Part shown: piece by piece, positions 38,557 to 46,957 of the stretch
Layout: the number at the start of each line of letters is the position of its first letter
How positions within the stretch are numbered: the stretch's first letter is position 1
From: Alphaproteobacteria bacterium
GTDB taxonomy: Bacteria > Pseudomonadota > Alphaproteobacteria > GCA-2731375
Assembly: GCA_965232515.1 (NCBI GenBank)
Contig: CBDDPY010000002.1
Span: 2,304,001-2,368,000 of the forward strand
Reading direction: 5' to 3'
Length of the DNA stretch: 64,000 bases
Made by a program: the position numbers and the translations under genes
Notes under the pieces: generated by a model
The model's input: the letters and a program-made list of their open reading frames with translations, nothing else
The model's database searches: none
What the model was told of the DNA's origin: nothing

Positions 38557-39713
38557 GTCGACCGGTTCAGCCGCAGCAGCGCCAGCGACTGCGCCAGCAG
38601 GCTCAGCATGACGATGCCGCCGACAAGGAACGGCCAGTTGATGCCGATGTCCTGAAACAACAGGCCGGCGATCGGCGGCCCGATAATGCGGCCAGCGCCG
38701 CTGGACGAGGTGGCGACGCCCAACGTCATGCCCTGATGCGCCGGCGCGGCCGACTGGCTGACCAGCGCCGTCAGCGTCGGATTCGACAGCGACATGCCGA
38801 TACTGATCAGCGTGATCTGCAACGCCAAGGTCGGCAGATCGTCAATCCAGGGCACCAGGAACAGCCCGGCCGCGAAGAGCGCCGTGCCCAGGCAAAGCAC
38901 ACGCCCCTCGCCGATGGCCTTGGTGATCGGGCCGATCAACAGACCCTGGAAGGCGAACGTCAGGACGCCGATGAAAGCGTAGGCATAGCCGATCTCGCGC
39001 GGTCCCCACTGGAACACCGCGTCCGTCCACAGCGGAAAGATGGCGATGACCTGGCTCATGACGAACGTCAGCAGGAACATCAAGCCGATCAGCCATAGCA
39101 CGCGGCCGTGCAATACCGAACGCAGCGCCGATGTGCGTCCGGGTAGCGCGGAAATGGAGACGTCGTGCCGCACCGGCTCGCGCAGCAGAACGGCGCCCAG
39201 AATGCAGGCCGCGAACGACATGCCGGCGGCGGCGAGACAGGGCGAGCTGAAATCGGGGTTGGCCGGATCGGATCCCGACAACAGCCCGCCGATCACCGGC
39301 CCCAGAACGAAGCCGAGACCGAACGCCGCGCCGACCTTGCCCATGGCGGCCGAGCGTTTCGACGGTTCGCTGATATCGGCGATGTAAGCCTGGGCGACGG
39401 CGATGTTACCGGCCATGAGGCCGTTCAAGGACCGGGCCGCGAACAACGCCGCCAGCGAGCCGGCAAAGCCGAACCAGAGATAGGACAGCCCGCCGCCGAA
39501 CAGCGTCGCCAGCAGCATCCATTTGCGGCCGAAGCGATCACTGAGCCGGCCCCAGATCGGCCCGGAGATCAGCTGAAACACGGAATAGGTGGCGATCAGC
39601 AGCGTTACCTGCGTCGGCGATGCGTCGTAATGCACCGCGTAGAACGGCAGGATCGGAAAAATAATGCCGAAGCCGACCAGGTCGACGAAGACGGTCAGCA
39701 GCAGGATGTACAT
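38553..39713 (-). CDS. MFS transporter (TetA/DHA1-like)
   Basis: DLVGFGIIFP, GRLSDRFGRK, AQAYIAD, GFVLGP. Confidence 0.9.
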   Translation of the reverse strand: MYILLLTVFVDLVGFGIIFPILPFYAVHYDASPTQVTLLIATYSVFQLISGPIWGRLSDRFGRKWMLLATLFGGGLSYLWFGFAGSLAALFAARSLNGLMAGNIAVAQAYIADISEPSKRSAAMGKVGAAFGLGFVLGPVIGGLLSGSDPANPDFSSPCLAAAGMSFAACILGAVLLREPVRHDVSISALPGRTSALRSVLHGRVLWLIGLMFLLTFVMSQVIAIFPLWTDAVFQWGPREIGYAYAFIGVLTFAFQGLLIGPITKAIGEGRVLCLGTALFAAGLFLVPWIDDLPTLALQITLISIGMSLSNPTLTALVSQSAAPAHQGMTLGVATSSSGAGRIIGPPIAGLLFQDIGINWPFLVGGIVMLSLLAQSLALLRLNRST

Positions 39714-39726
39714 GCGGCGATGATTG

Positions 39727-40881
39727 TCAGGCGGATGTGCCCCGGGCCGCGACCGGCCAGATGTCGACCAGCATGTCACCGCGCACGCAGTGCAGGACGT
39801 CGTGCAGATTGACGGTCGGGTCGCAGTGCGGCGCCTCGATCAACACCGTGTCGCCCAGGCTCAAGCGTTCGTTGGCGTCGCCATAGACCACGGCGCCGTG
39901 CTCGTCGCCCTTGAACCGGAAGGTCGAGCCGACGGGCTCGCCGCCGGCGAAGCGTGGCAACGGCCCGTCCGTGGCGAACACCTTCAAACCGGCATCGACG
40001 ATCGCCGTGTCGCTATGGTTGACGTTGATCGCCGTCGCCTGCACGAACAGCGCCGGCAGGTAGGGCGGCGCGCCGCCGCCACCGACGAAATCGATGCGGT
40101 CGTAGTCGACGTCCATCACGCAATAGGAACCGACCTGCAGCTCGGTGAGCAGGCCCATCTCGGGATCCATGCGATGGCTGCCGCTGCCGCCGCCGGTCAC
40201 CACCTCGGGCCGGACGCCGATCTCGGCCAGGGCCGCCAGCACGTCGCGCAATGGCGCCATGGCGCGCTCCAGCTCGGCCCGCCGCTCGTCATAGTCCGGC
40301 ATGTGCTGCAGATAGCCGGCATAGGCCTGGACGCCGCCGAAGCGCAGGCTGTCGTGGGCGCGAATGGCCTCGACCACGGCCACGCCCGCCGCCGCCTCGG
40401 TGACGCCGGTGCGGGCGCTGCCGACATCGACCTCGAGATAGACCGTCAACGGCCGGTCGCCAGACGCGTTCGCGGCAGCCAGCGCCGCGACGTTGTCCGG
40501 ATGGTCGGCGACGACGGCCAATTGCCTGGCCATGCGGTTGAGCGCGGCGACGCGCTCCGGCTTGCCCGGCGCCACCGCGGGCGAGGTGATCAGCACATCG
40601 GGAATGCCGGCGGCCGCCATGACTTCGGCCTCGCCAACCGTGGCGCAGCAGATGCCGATGGCGCCCGCCGCCAGCTGGGCCTCGGCGATCTGCGGCGTCT
40701 TGTGCATCTTGGCGTGCGGCCGCAGGTTGATGCCCGCGTCCTTCGCCCAGGACGCCATCGTCGCCACGTTGGCCTCGAACTGGTCGAGGTCCAACACCAA
40801 CGCGGGCGTCGACAGGCGCGCGCGCGAATTGGGCGCGTCGATTAATGATTCGTTCGGTCCAAGGCCAGCCAACGGTTTCAC
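39727..40881 (-). CDS. DSD1 / D-threonine aldolase family PLP enzyme
   Basis: TPALVLD, RPHAKMHK, GGGSG, ELQVGSY, DEHG, HCDPTVN; GTG start after GGAGAGG. Confidence 0.88.
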   Translation of the reverse strand: MKPLAGLGPNESLIDAPNSRARLSTPALVLDLDQFEANVATMASWAKDAGINLRPHAKMHKTPQIAEAQLAAGAIGICCATVGEAEVMAAAGIPDVLITSPAVAPGKPERVAALNRMARQLAVVADHPDNVAALAAANASGDRPLTVYLEVDVGSARTGVTEAAAGVAVVEAIRAHDSLRFGGVQAYAGYLQHMPDYDERRAELERAMAPLRDVLAALAEIGVRPEVVTGGGSGSHRMDPEMGLLTELQVGSYCVMDVDYDRIDFVGGGGAPPYLPALFVQATAINVNHSDTAIVDAGLKVFATDGPLPRFAGGEPVGSTFRFKGDEHGAVVYGDANERLSLGDTVLIEAPHCDPTVNLHDVLHCVRGDMLVDIWPVAARGTSA

Positions 40882-40892
40882 ACCTCTCCAAT

Positions 40893-41678
40893 CTAATCGC
40901 GGTAGGACGCGTCGGTCTTGTCCAGCCGGCGCAGCATGGCGGCGAACTCGAGCGCCCCGACGCCGTTGTCGGATTCGAGCTCGGAGAACCGGTCCATCTG
41001 CTGACCCGACGCCTCGGCGACGCCGTCGGCCAGGATGTTGAGCGCGCCGGCCGCGGCGGCGTCGATCTGGATCTGGCAGGCGCGCTCCAGCCGGTAGAGC
41101 CGCAGGAAGGTCTCCGGAATTGTCCGCCCCGTCACCAGCAAACCGTGGTTGCGCAGGATCAGCGCATGGTTGTTGCCGAGCGAGGCCAGCAGCCGCTCGC
41201 GCTCGTCCGTGTTCAGGCTCGGCCCCTCGTAGTCGTGGTAGGAGAGCCGCCCGTGGAACGCGGTCGAGACCATGCTGACCGGCAGCAGACCGTCTTTGAG
41301 CGCGCAAACCGCCATGCCGGCCCGCGTGTGGGTATGCATGACGCACTTGTGGGCATCGAGGTTCGCCATATGGACGGCGGAGTGGATGACAAAGCCGGCC
41401 CGGTTCACCGGATAGTTGCTCTCGCCGACGATGTTGCCGTCGATATCGATCTTCACCAGGTTCGAGGCCGTGATCTCGTCGTAGTTCAGACCGTAGGGAT
41501 TGATCAGGAACTGCGGCTCGTCGCCGGGCACGCGTACGGTCAGATGGCCATAGATCAGCTCGGTCCAACCGAAATGGTCGACCAGCCGGTAGGCCGCCGC
41601 CAGTTGCTGGCGCAGCACATGTTCAGCCTCAGCCGGCGGCAACTTGCTTACGTCAACGGAACTGAGCGCGACATCCAT
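40893..41678 (-). CDS. Class II aldolase/adducin family protein (second copy)
   Basis: IYGHLT, LINPYGL, IHSAVH, MHTHT, LRNHG. Confidence 0.9.
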   Translation of the reverse strand: MDVALSSVDVSKLPPAEAEHVLRQQLAAAYRLVDHFGWTELIYGHLTVRVPGDEPQFLINPYGLNYDEITASNLVKIDIDGNIVGESNYPVNRAGFVIHSAVHMANLDAHKCVMHTHTRAGMAVCALKDGLLPVSMVSTAFHGRLSYHDYEGPSLNTDERERLLASLGNNHALILRNHGLLVTGRTIPETFLRLYRLERACQIQIDAAAAGALNILADGVAEASGQQMDRFSELESDNGVGALEFAAMLRRLDKTDASYRD

Positions 41679-41803
41679 TGCCCGATCCTCCCGATTTCTT
41701 GTTTTCGGCCCACCGAGTTTAGCAGATCGCCGATCGACCGTGCCGGTTTGCTGGCGCCGTGACGGCGACTGGACTACGGTAAGCATCCAAATCGGAGGGA
41801 CCC

Positions 41804-42202
41804 ATGGACAGCTCTTACAACGAGATCTCGAACGCGCTTCTGGACTATTTCGACGGCTTCTACGATAGCGACGTCGCGACCCTGAAGCGGATCTTCCATC
41901 CGAACGCGCATCTCTATTCGGCGGCCGACGGACCGCTGGTGGACGACGACATGGACGCGGTCTATGCCCGTGTCGAGGCGCGCACCGCGCCGGCGAGCCT
42001 GGGCCAGCCGCGCATGGACAAGATCCTGTCGATCGACAAGTCAGGTCCGGAATCGGCGCTCGCCAAGGTGCAGATCGCCATCGGCGACCGGTTCTACACC
42101 GACTATCTGACCATGCTGAAAGTCGACGGCGGCTGGCGCATCATCTCGAAGACCTGGACCTACGTGCCGCTGAGCGAAGCCAAGGCGCAAGCGGCGGAAT
42201 AG
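41804..42202 (+). CDS. NTF2-like (putative lumazine-binding) protein
   Basis: YFDGFY..D...LKRIFHP.A, YTDYLTMLK..GGWRIISK. Confidence 0.8.
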   Translation: MDSSYNEISNALLDYFDGFYDSDVATLKRIFHPNAHLYSAADGPLVDDDMDAVYARVEARTAPASLGQPRMDKILSIDKSGPESALAKVQIAIGDRFYTDYLTMLKVDGGWRIISKTWTYVPLSEAKAQAAE

Positions 42203-42224
42203 GCGTCAGGATCGGCGGGGCGGA

Positions 42225-43058
42225 TCAGGCGATCTGGCCGCGGTGCTCCTCGCTCAACAGGTGGGCGTGCATGTTGGCGAGCCAGACCCGCCCCTCGCCG
42301 GTATAGCTCAGCAGCTCCATGCCGTCGGCGATGCGCGGATAAAGCACGTCCCAGAACAGCTTCGGATAGCCGATGCGGAAGTCGGCGACGTCGGCATAGC
42401 CGAGGAGCGCGGCCATGCCGGATTCTTCGAGCTCCTGCATCAGCGGCGGCATCTTCAGCACGAAGTTCGGGTCGGCGACCGCGCCGATCAGGTGCGCCGC
42501 GCGCAGCAGGCCGGGATAGGTCGCCGTCTCGTGATTGCGGTCGGTCGGCGGCGGAAAGCGGCTGTATTCGATGTTCGCCGCCATCGCCTCGCTGTTCAGC
42601 ATGGGATGATCGCGAAAATAGTGCCGCACGAAGATCTTGCTGCGGTCGGTGAAGTGCGGCCAGAGCCAGCCGTCGGTCGCGCCGCGCGGCGGCGTCACCA
42701 CGGCGTCGTCATCCCCGACGACCAGACGATCGCCATCGTCGCCCGGACAGGCGCCGCGGGAGAAGCCGACCGCGAAGCATAAGAGCGAGGCGACGAAATT
42801 GATCCAGTCGCCGGCGGGCACATCGCCGTCGCGCACCATCCGGCCGCGCATCATCTCCTGACCGACCAGCGTCACCAGCATCGTGTGGTCGATGTTGTGG
42901 TAGAGCGCGTTCGAGCGGGCGATGCGGTTCAGCGACATGCGCGCCACATGCACGATGGTGTCGATATGCGCGGTATTGGCGTCGCCGAAGGCGCCGACAT
43001 AGTCGGCGGTCAGCCGCTTGACGAAGGCGTCGATGATGATGTCGGAGGGTCTGAACAT
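42225..43058 (-). CDS. HD-domain protein paralogue lacking the HD motif
   Basis: Colinear with 43070..43927, but CHDIG is replaced by CFAVG and AADL by AAHL. Confidence 0.75.
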   Translation of the reverse strand: MFRPSDIIIDAFVKRLTADYVGAFGDANTAHIDTIVHVARMSLNRIARSNALYHNIDHTMLVTLVGQEMMRGRMVRDGDVPAGDWINFVASLLCFAVGFSRGACPGDDGDRLVVGDDDAVVTPPRGATDGWLWPHFTDRSKIFVRHYFRDHPMLNSEAMAANIEYSRFPPPTDRNHETATYPGLLRAAHLIGAVADPNFVLKMPPLMQELEESGMAALLGYADVADFRIGYPKLFWDVLYPRIADGMELLSYTGEGRVWLANMHAHLLSEEHRGQIA

Positions 43059-43069
43059 GGCGCGGCGGC

Positions 43070-43927
43070 TCAGGGCGCAGCGGCCCGATGCTCCTCGGAG
43101 AAGACGTGGCTGTAGAGCCCCGCCTCCCACTGCCGGCCTTCGCGGGTGACGCGCAGGTAGGCAAGCCCGGCGCCGATATGCTGGTTGACCATGTTCCAGA
43201 AGAAGTCCGGGTAGTTCTCGCGCAGATCTTCCGGGCTTTTGTTGCCCATGGCGGCGTTTTGGCCGGTCTCTTCGAACTCGTAGAACAAGGCCGCCAGCTT
43301 GCGCAGGTAATCGGGATCGGCGAGCTGGCCGATCAGGTCGGCGGCGCGGACCAGGCCCGGATAGTCGGCGTCTTCGGGCGAATCGTCCTGGCTCGGCACC
43401 GGGAACCGTGTGTTCTCGATGTTCGCCGCGACCACGTCCGCATCGATCACGGCATGGTCCTTGAACCGGCGGCGCACGAACATCTTGCCACGCTCGACAT
43501 GATGCGGGGTCAGGTAGGCGTCGGTGGCGCCAAGGGGCACTTCCACCGTATCGCCCTTCTCGTTGATGACGGCGACGTCGCCACGATCGCCCGGACAGAT
43601 GTTCCTGACGTAGCCGATGTCATGGCACAGCAGCGAGACGATGAAGTGCGTCCAATCGTCCGGACTGACGCTGCCCTCGCTCAGATACTTGCCGCGAATG
43701 ATCTCCTGGCCGACCAGCGTGACCATCATGCTGTGTTCGACGTTGTGATAGAACGCATCCGAGTTGGCGATGATCTCCATCGCCATCACGGCCGCCGCCT
43801 GGAGCGTGTTGGCGTTTTCCGGCTCCAACCCGCCATACATGCGGCGGTAGTTGGCGACCAGCCCATCGACGAAGCCGTCGATCAGGATCGACGTGGCATT
43901 AAAGGTTGCCGTTACATGGCCCGACAT
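43070..43927 (-). CDS. HD-domain metal-dependent phosphohydrolase (Npun_R2479-like)
   Basis: YHNVEH, LCHDIGY, PHHVERG, RAADLIGQL. Confidence 0.8.
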   Translation of the reverse strand: MSGHVTATFNATSILIDGFVDGLVANYRRMYGGLEPENANTLQAAAVMAMEIIANSDAFYHNVEHSMMVTLVGQEIIRGKYLSEGSVSPDDWTHFIVSLLCHDIGYVRNICPGDRGDVAVINEKGDTVEVPLGATDAYLTPHHVERGKMFVRRRFKDHAVIDADVVAANIENTRFPVPSQDDSPEDADYPGLVRAADLIGQLADPDYLRKLAALFYEFEETGQNAAMGNKSPEDLRENYPDFFWNMVNQHIGAGLAYLRVTREGRQWEAGLYSHVFSEEHRAAAP

Positions 43928-44018
43928 GGCGCTTCAAGAACATCCCCCACGGTTTTGCGTTCGAATTTTGCATCGAACTTATCGTTGGTCACGGCGCAAC
44001 TTTCGCCGTTGCCCGGCA

Positions 44019-45167
44019 TCACGACTGTCGTATCGCGCCGGCCTCCTCCAGTGCGGCGATTTCTGCCGGCGCCAGTCCCCAGTCCGACAGCGCCGCCTTG
44101 GTATGCTCGCCCCGGCGCGGCGGCGGGCGTTGAATCTCCGCCTCGGTACGGCTGAATTTCGGCGCCGGCGCCGGCTGAACCACGCCGTCGATCTCGACGA
44201 AGCTCTCGCGCGCCTTGTTTTGCGGATGCTCGTGAACCTCGGCCAACGACAGGATCGGGGCAAAGCAGATGTCCGTGCCCTCCATGATCTTGCACCACGC
44301 GTCGCGGGTCTTGGTCTTGAACAGACCGGCCAGACGTTCCTTCATCGCGCCCCATTGTGCGCGATCGTTCTGTTTCGGCAACTCGTCGGCCGACAGCCCC
44401 AGCTTCTCCAGCAGTTCGGCATAGAATTTCGGTTCGATCGAACCGATCGAGACGTATTTGCCGTCGCTGGTTTCGTAGACGTTGTAGTAGTGCGAACCGG
44501 TGTCGAGCACATTCTCGCCGCGCGCGGGCTGCCAGAAACCGGACGCCTGCATGCCGAAAAACGCCGTCATCAGGTAGGCGGCGCCCTCGACCATGGAGAC
44601 GTCGACGACCTGACCGCGCCCCGAACGCGACGCCTCGAGCAGCGCCGACACCAGGCCGAAGGCAAGGAACATGGCGCCGCCGCCGAAATCGCCGACCAGA
44701 TTTAGCGGCGGCACCGGCGCCTCGCCGGCCCGGCCGATCGAATGCAGGGCGCCGGCCAGCGCGATGTAGTTGATGTCATGGCCGGCGGCATGCGCGATCG
44801 GTCCGTCCTGCCCCCAACCGGTCATCCGGCCATAGACCAGACGCGGATTGCGGTCCAGGCAATGTTCCGGTCCGATCCCGAGGCGTTCGGCGACGCCGGG
44901 CCGGAAGCCCTCGATGAAACCGTCGGCCTTGGAGACCAGCTGCAGAACGGCGGCCACGCCTTCGGGCCGTTTCAGATCGATCGCGACAGAACGCCGGCCG
45001 CGGGTCAGCAGGTCGAAGCGCGGATCCTGGGAGATGCCGAGGCCCGACGGCTCGGTACGGTCGATGCGCAGAACATCCGCGCCCATATCGGCCAGCAACA
45101 TGGCGCAGAACGGGCCGGGCCCGATGCCGGCAATCTCGATAATCTTAAGTCCGGCCAGTGGTCCCAT
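44019..45167 (-). CDS. CaiB/BaiF family (alpha-methylacyl-CoA racemase-like)
   Basis: [39 protein letters not shown]. Confidence 0.92.
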   Translation of the reverse strand: MGPLAGLKIIEIAGIGPGPFCAMLLADMGADVLRIDRTEPSGLGISQDPRFDLLTRGRRSVAIDLKRPEGVAAVLQLVSKADGFIEGFRPGVAERLGIGPEHCLDRNPRLVYGRMTGWGQDGPIAHAAGHDINYIALAGALHSIGRAGEAPVPPLNLVGDFGGGAMFLAFGLVSALLEASRSGRGQVVDVSMVEGAAYLMTAFFGMQASGFWQPARGENVLDTGSHYYNVYETSDGKYVSIGSIEPKFYAELLEKLGLSADELPKQNDRAQWGAMKERLAGLFKTKTRDAWCKIMEGTDICFAPILSLAEVHEHPQNKARESFVEIDGVVQPAPAPKFSRTEAEIQRPPPRRGEHTKAALSDWGLAPAEIAALEEAGAIRQS

Positions 45168-45222
45168 TGCGCTATCCTGATCTCCGCATGCCAATGTTCA
45201 TGCGGGCCAGGATAGCGCAATG
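45165..45222 (-). promoter_or_regulatory. Hairpin covering the RBS and start codon of the CaiB-like gene
   Basis: 15-bp perfect IR (45165-45179 / 45208-45222) plus an inner 7-bp stem CCGCATG/CATGCGG. Confidence 0.6.
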
Positions 45223-45253
45223 ATGCGCCGGGGCGAAACGCCGTCGCGCGGTT

Positions 45254-45757
45254 TTATGCGGCGGCGAACGCCGGATGAATGAGTGTCGCCGACTCGTCCG
45301 CCAGTTGCCGAAGCAAATAGATCGGATCGACGATGTCGTGGCTCCAGGCCTGAAGCGTACGCAGCTGCGCCAACGGCGCGGCGCCGTGGGGCTCGCTATC
45401 CCGATCGGTGAACTCGCTCATCAGCGTCGCCACGCGACCGCCGAACCCCCGATCCCACGACAGGCTGGGTCCGGCCCCGATAAACACCACGGCAAACGTG
45501 CATGGCGCCAACCGGGTTACCGCCCCGCTCAAGCCGGCCGCGGCGCGAACGAGATCGAACGCCAGCGACGGCGGCAGGAAGTAAAGCTGCACCTGATGCA
45601 CCGAAAGCCTGAGATTGGTCGGCCCCAACTGCTCGATCAAGCGGTTCATTTCATCGGCGAATACTGCCTCGCCGGGTCTTTCCGTCGCCCCAACACCCAA
45701 ACCGGGCGCCTCGACGGCAGCGTCATGTCGCTCAAGCTGCAGCGACGATGTGCGCAT
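45254..45757 (-). CDS. Hypothetical protein
   Basis: GGAGGGGAG RBS before the ATG; fills the gap; no clear family. Confidence 0.6.
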   Translation of the reverse strand: MRTSSLQLERHDAAVEAPGLGVGATERPGEAVFADEMNRLIEQLGPTNLRLSVHQVQLYFLPPSLAFDLVRAAAGLSGAVTRLAPCTFAVVFIGAGPSLSWDRGFGGRVATLMSEFTDRDSEPHGAAPLAQLRTLQAWSHDIVDPIYLLRQLADESATLIHPAFAAA

Positions 45758-45844
45758 TCTTCCCCTCCGCCTGGACCTCAGCCCTCTGCAAATTCGTACC
45801 CTCTCATTGCCGGCCGCACGATGCCCTCCGCGGCCGCGAGAAAC

Positions 45845-45862
45845 TGTTACAACTTGTTACAA
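45845..45862. promoter_or_regulatory. Direct repeat TGTTACAA with a 10-bp period; candidate OmpR-family site
   Basis: TGTTACAA-CT-TGTTACAA upstream of the hypothetical gene. Confidence 0.45.
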
Positions 45863-45932
45863 GGTAAGCAGTCGAGTGCGACATGGGTGGGGCAAACCTG
45901 TGGTAATTTCCGGGCTCATGGCCGGAACATCG

Positions 45933-46664
45933 TTAACAGCGCCAGCGATAGCCGAAGCCCGGATAATTCCTGATGTGATCGAAGTCAGGATCAATTTCCC
46001 GAAACTTGTTTCTAATCCGTTTGATGAAGGACCTGACGTTCACGCGATAGCCGTCTTCTCCTTCACCGGCAATAAATCCTGGCCCATGCGCCAGGTCGTA
46101 GATCCGCCGGTAGGACACATCTTTGTCACGCTGCTGGATCAGCAGCTCGACGATTTTGAATTCGGTCAGCGTGAGATCGACCTTCCGACCGTCCCAATAG
46201 GCGCGCCGCGTCGGTGCATCGAGTTGCAATCGCCCGACCGCACCGGCATCGGCCTGCGGCACATGGTTGACCGGCGCCGCTTGGCCGTTTGAACCGGCGG
46301 CGATGGCGGCAGCCAGCCGGATGCGCTGCAGCAACAGGGACGTCGAGCGCGCGCGGTCGATAAAGTCGACCGGCCCGAACGCCAGCGCCGCGTCCTCGTC
46401 GACGCGGTCGGTGGCCTGCGTCAGCATGATGACCGGCATCTGCAGGTCGTGGGCGCGGATCTGCCGCAGCACGTCGAGGCCGCCAGAATCAGGCAGGCCC
46501 CATGTCAGCAGGACGACATCGGCCGTGCCGCCTTCGCTCAGAAACCGGAGCGCTTCCGCACCGGTCGCCGCGCCGAAGGTGACGACATCGCCCGCCCTCA
46601 GCGCGCGTTCGATCAGCGCGCGGGCCGGCTCGTCATTATCGACCACGAGAACTCGAATCGGCAT
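45933..46664 (-). CDS. OmpR-family (ChvI-like) response regulator with an atypical receiver
   Basis: Winged helix LTLTEF...NVRSFIKRIRNKFREIDPDFDHI..YPGFGYRW; start uncertain and may lie further upstream. Confidence 0.8.
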   Translation of the reverse strand: MPIRVLVVDNDEPARALIERALRAGDVVTFGAATGAEALRFLSEGGTADVVLLTWGLPDSGGLDVLRQIRAHDLQMPVIMLTQATDRVDEDAALAFGPVDFIDRARSTSLLLQRIRLAAAIAAGSNGQAAPVNHVPQADAGAVGRLQLDAPTRRAYWDGRKVDLTLTEFKIVELLIQQRDKDVSYRRIYDLAHGPGFIAGEGEDGYRVNVRSFIKRIRNKFREIDPDFDHIRNYPGFGYRWRC

Positions 46665-46872
46665 TCCCCCAGCATTCGTACCCGATGCACGAATCCCACT
46701 GACCGACATCCCATCCATACGATGCTGAACGGGATTTGCCCGTTCAGCCCGACGCTGTTGTCTTGTTTTTCTCGGTGTACTGGCGGCTTCTGCCGCAACG
46801 CGACGTTTCGGCCTCGTTCGGCCATGTCGAACCGGCCGATTTCCGTCGTCGCTTAATTGTTCGGTCACGCCC

Positions 46873-46888
46873 GTTAACAGGTTGTTAA
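46873..46888 (-). promoter_or_regulatory. CtrA-type binding site
   Basis: Minus strand TTAA-CAACCTG-TTAAC, matching TTAA-N7-TTAAC. Confidence 0.6.
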
Positions 46889-46957
46889 AAACTATGGTTA
46901 CCGCACGCACTTGTTCAAGATGCCCGGTCGGTCAAAAAGGCTGGAATGCAGGCGCTT

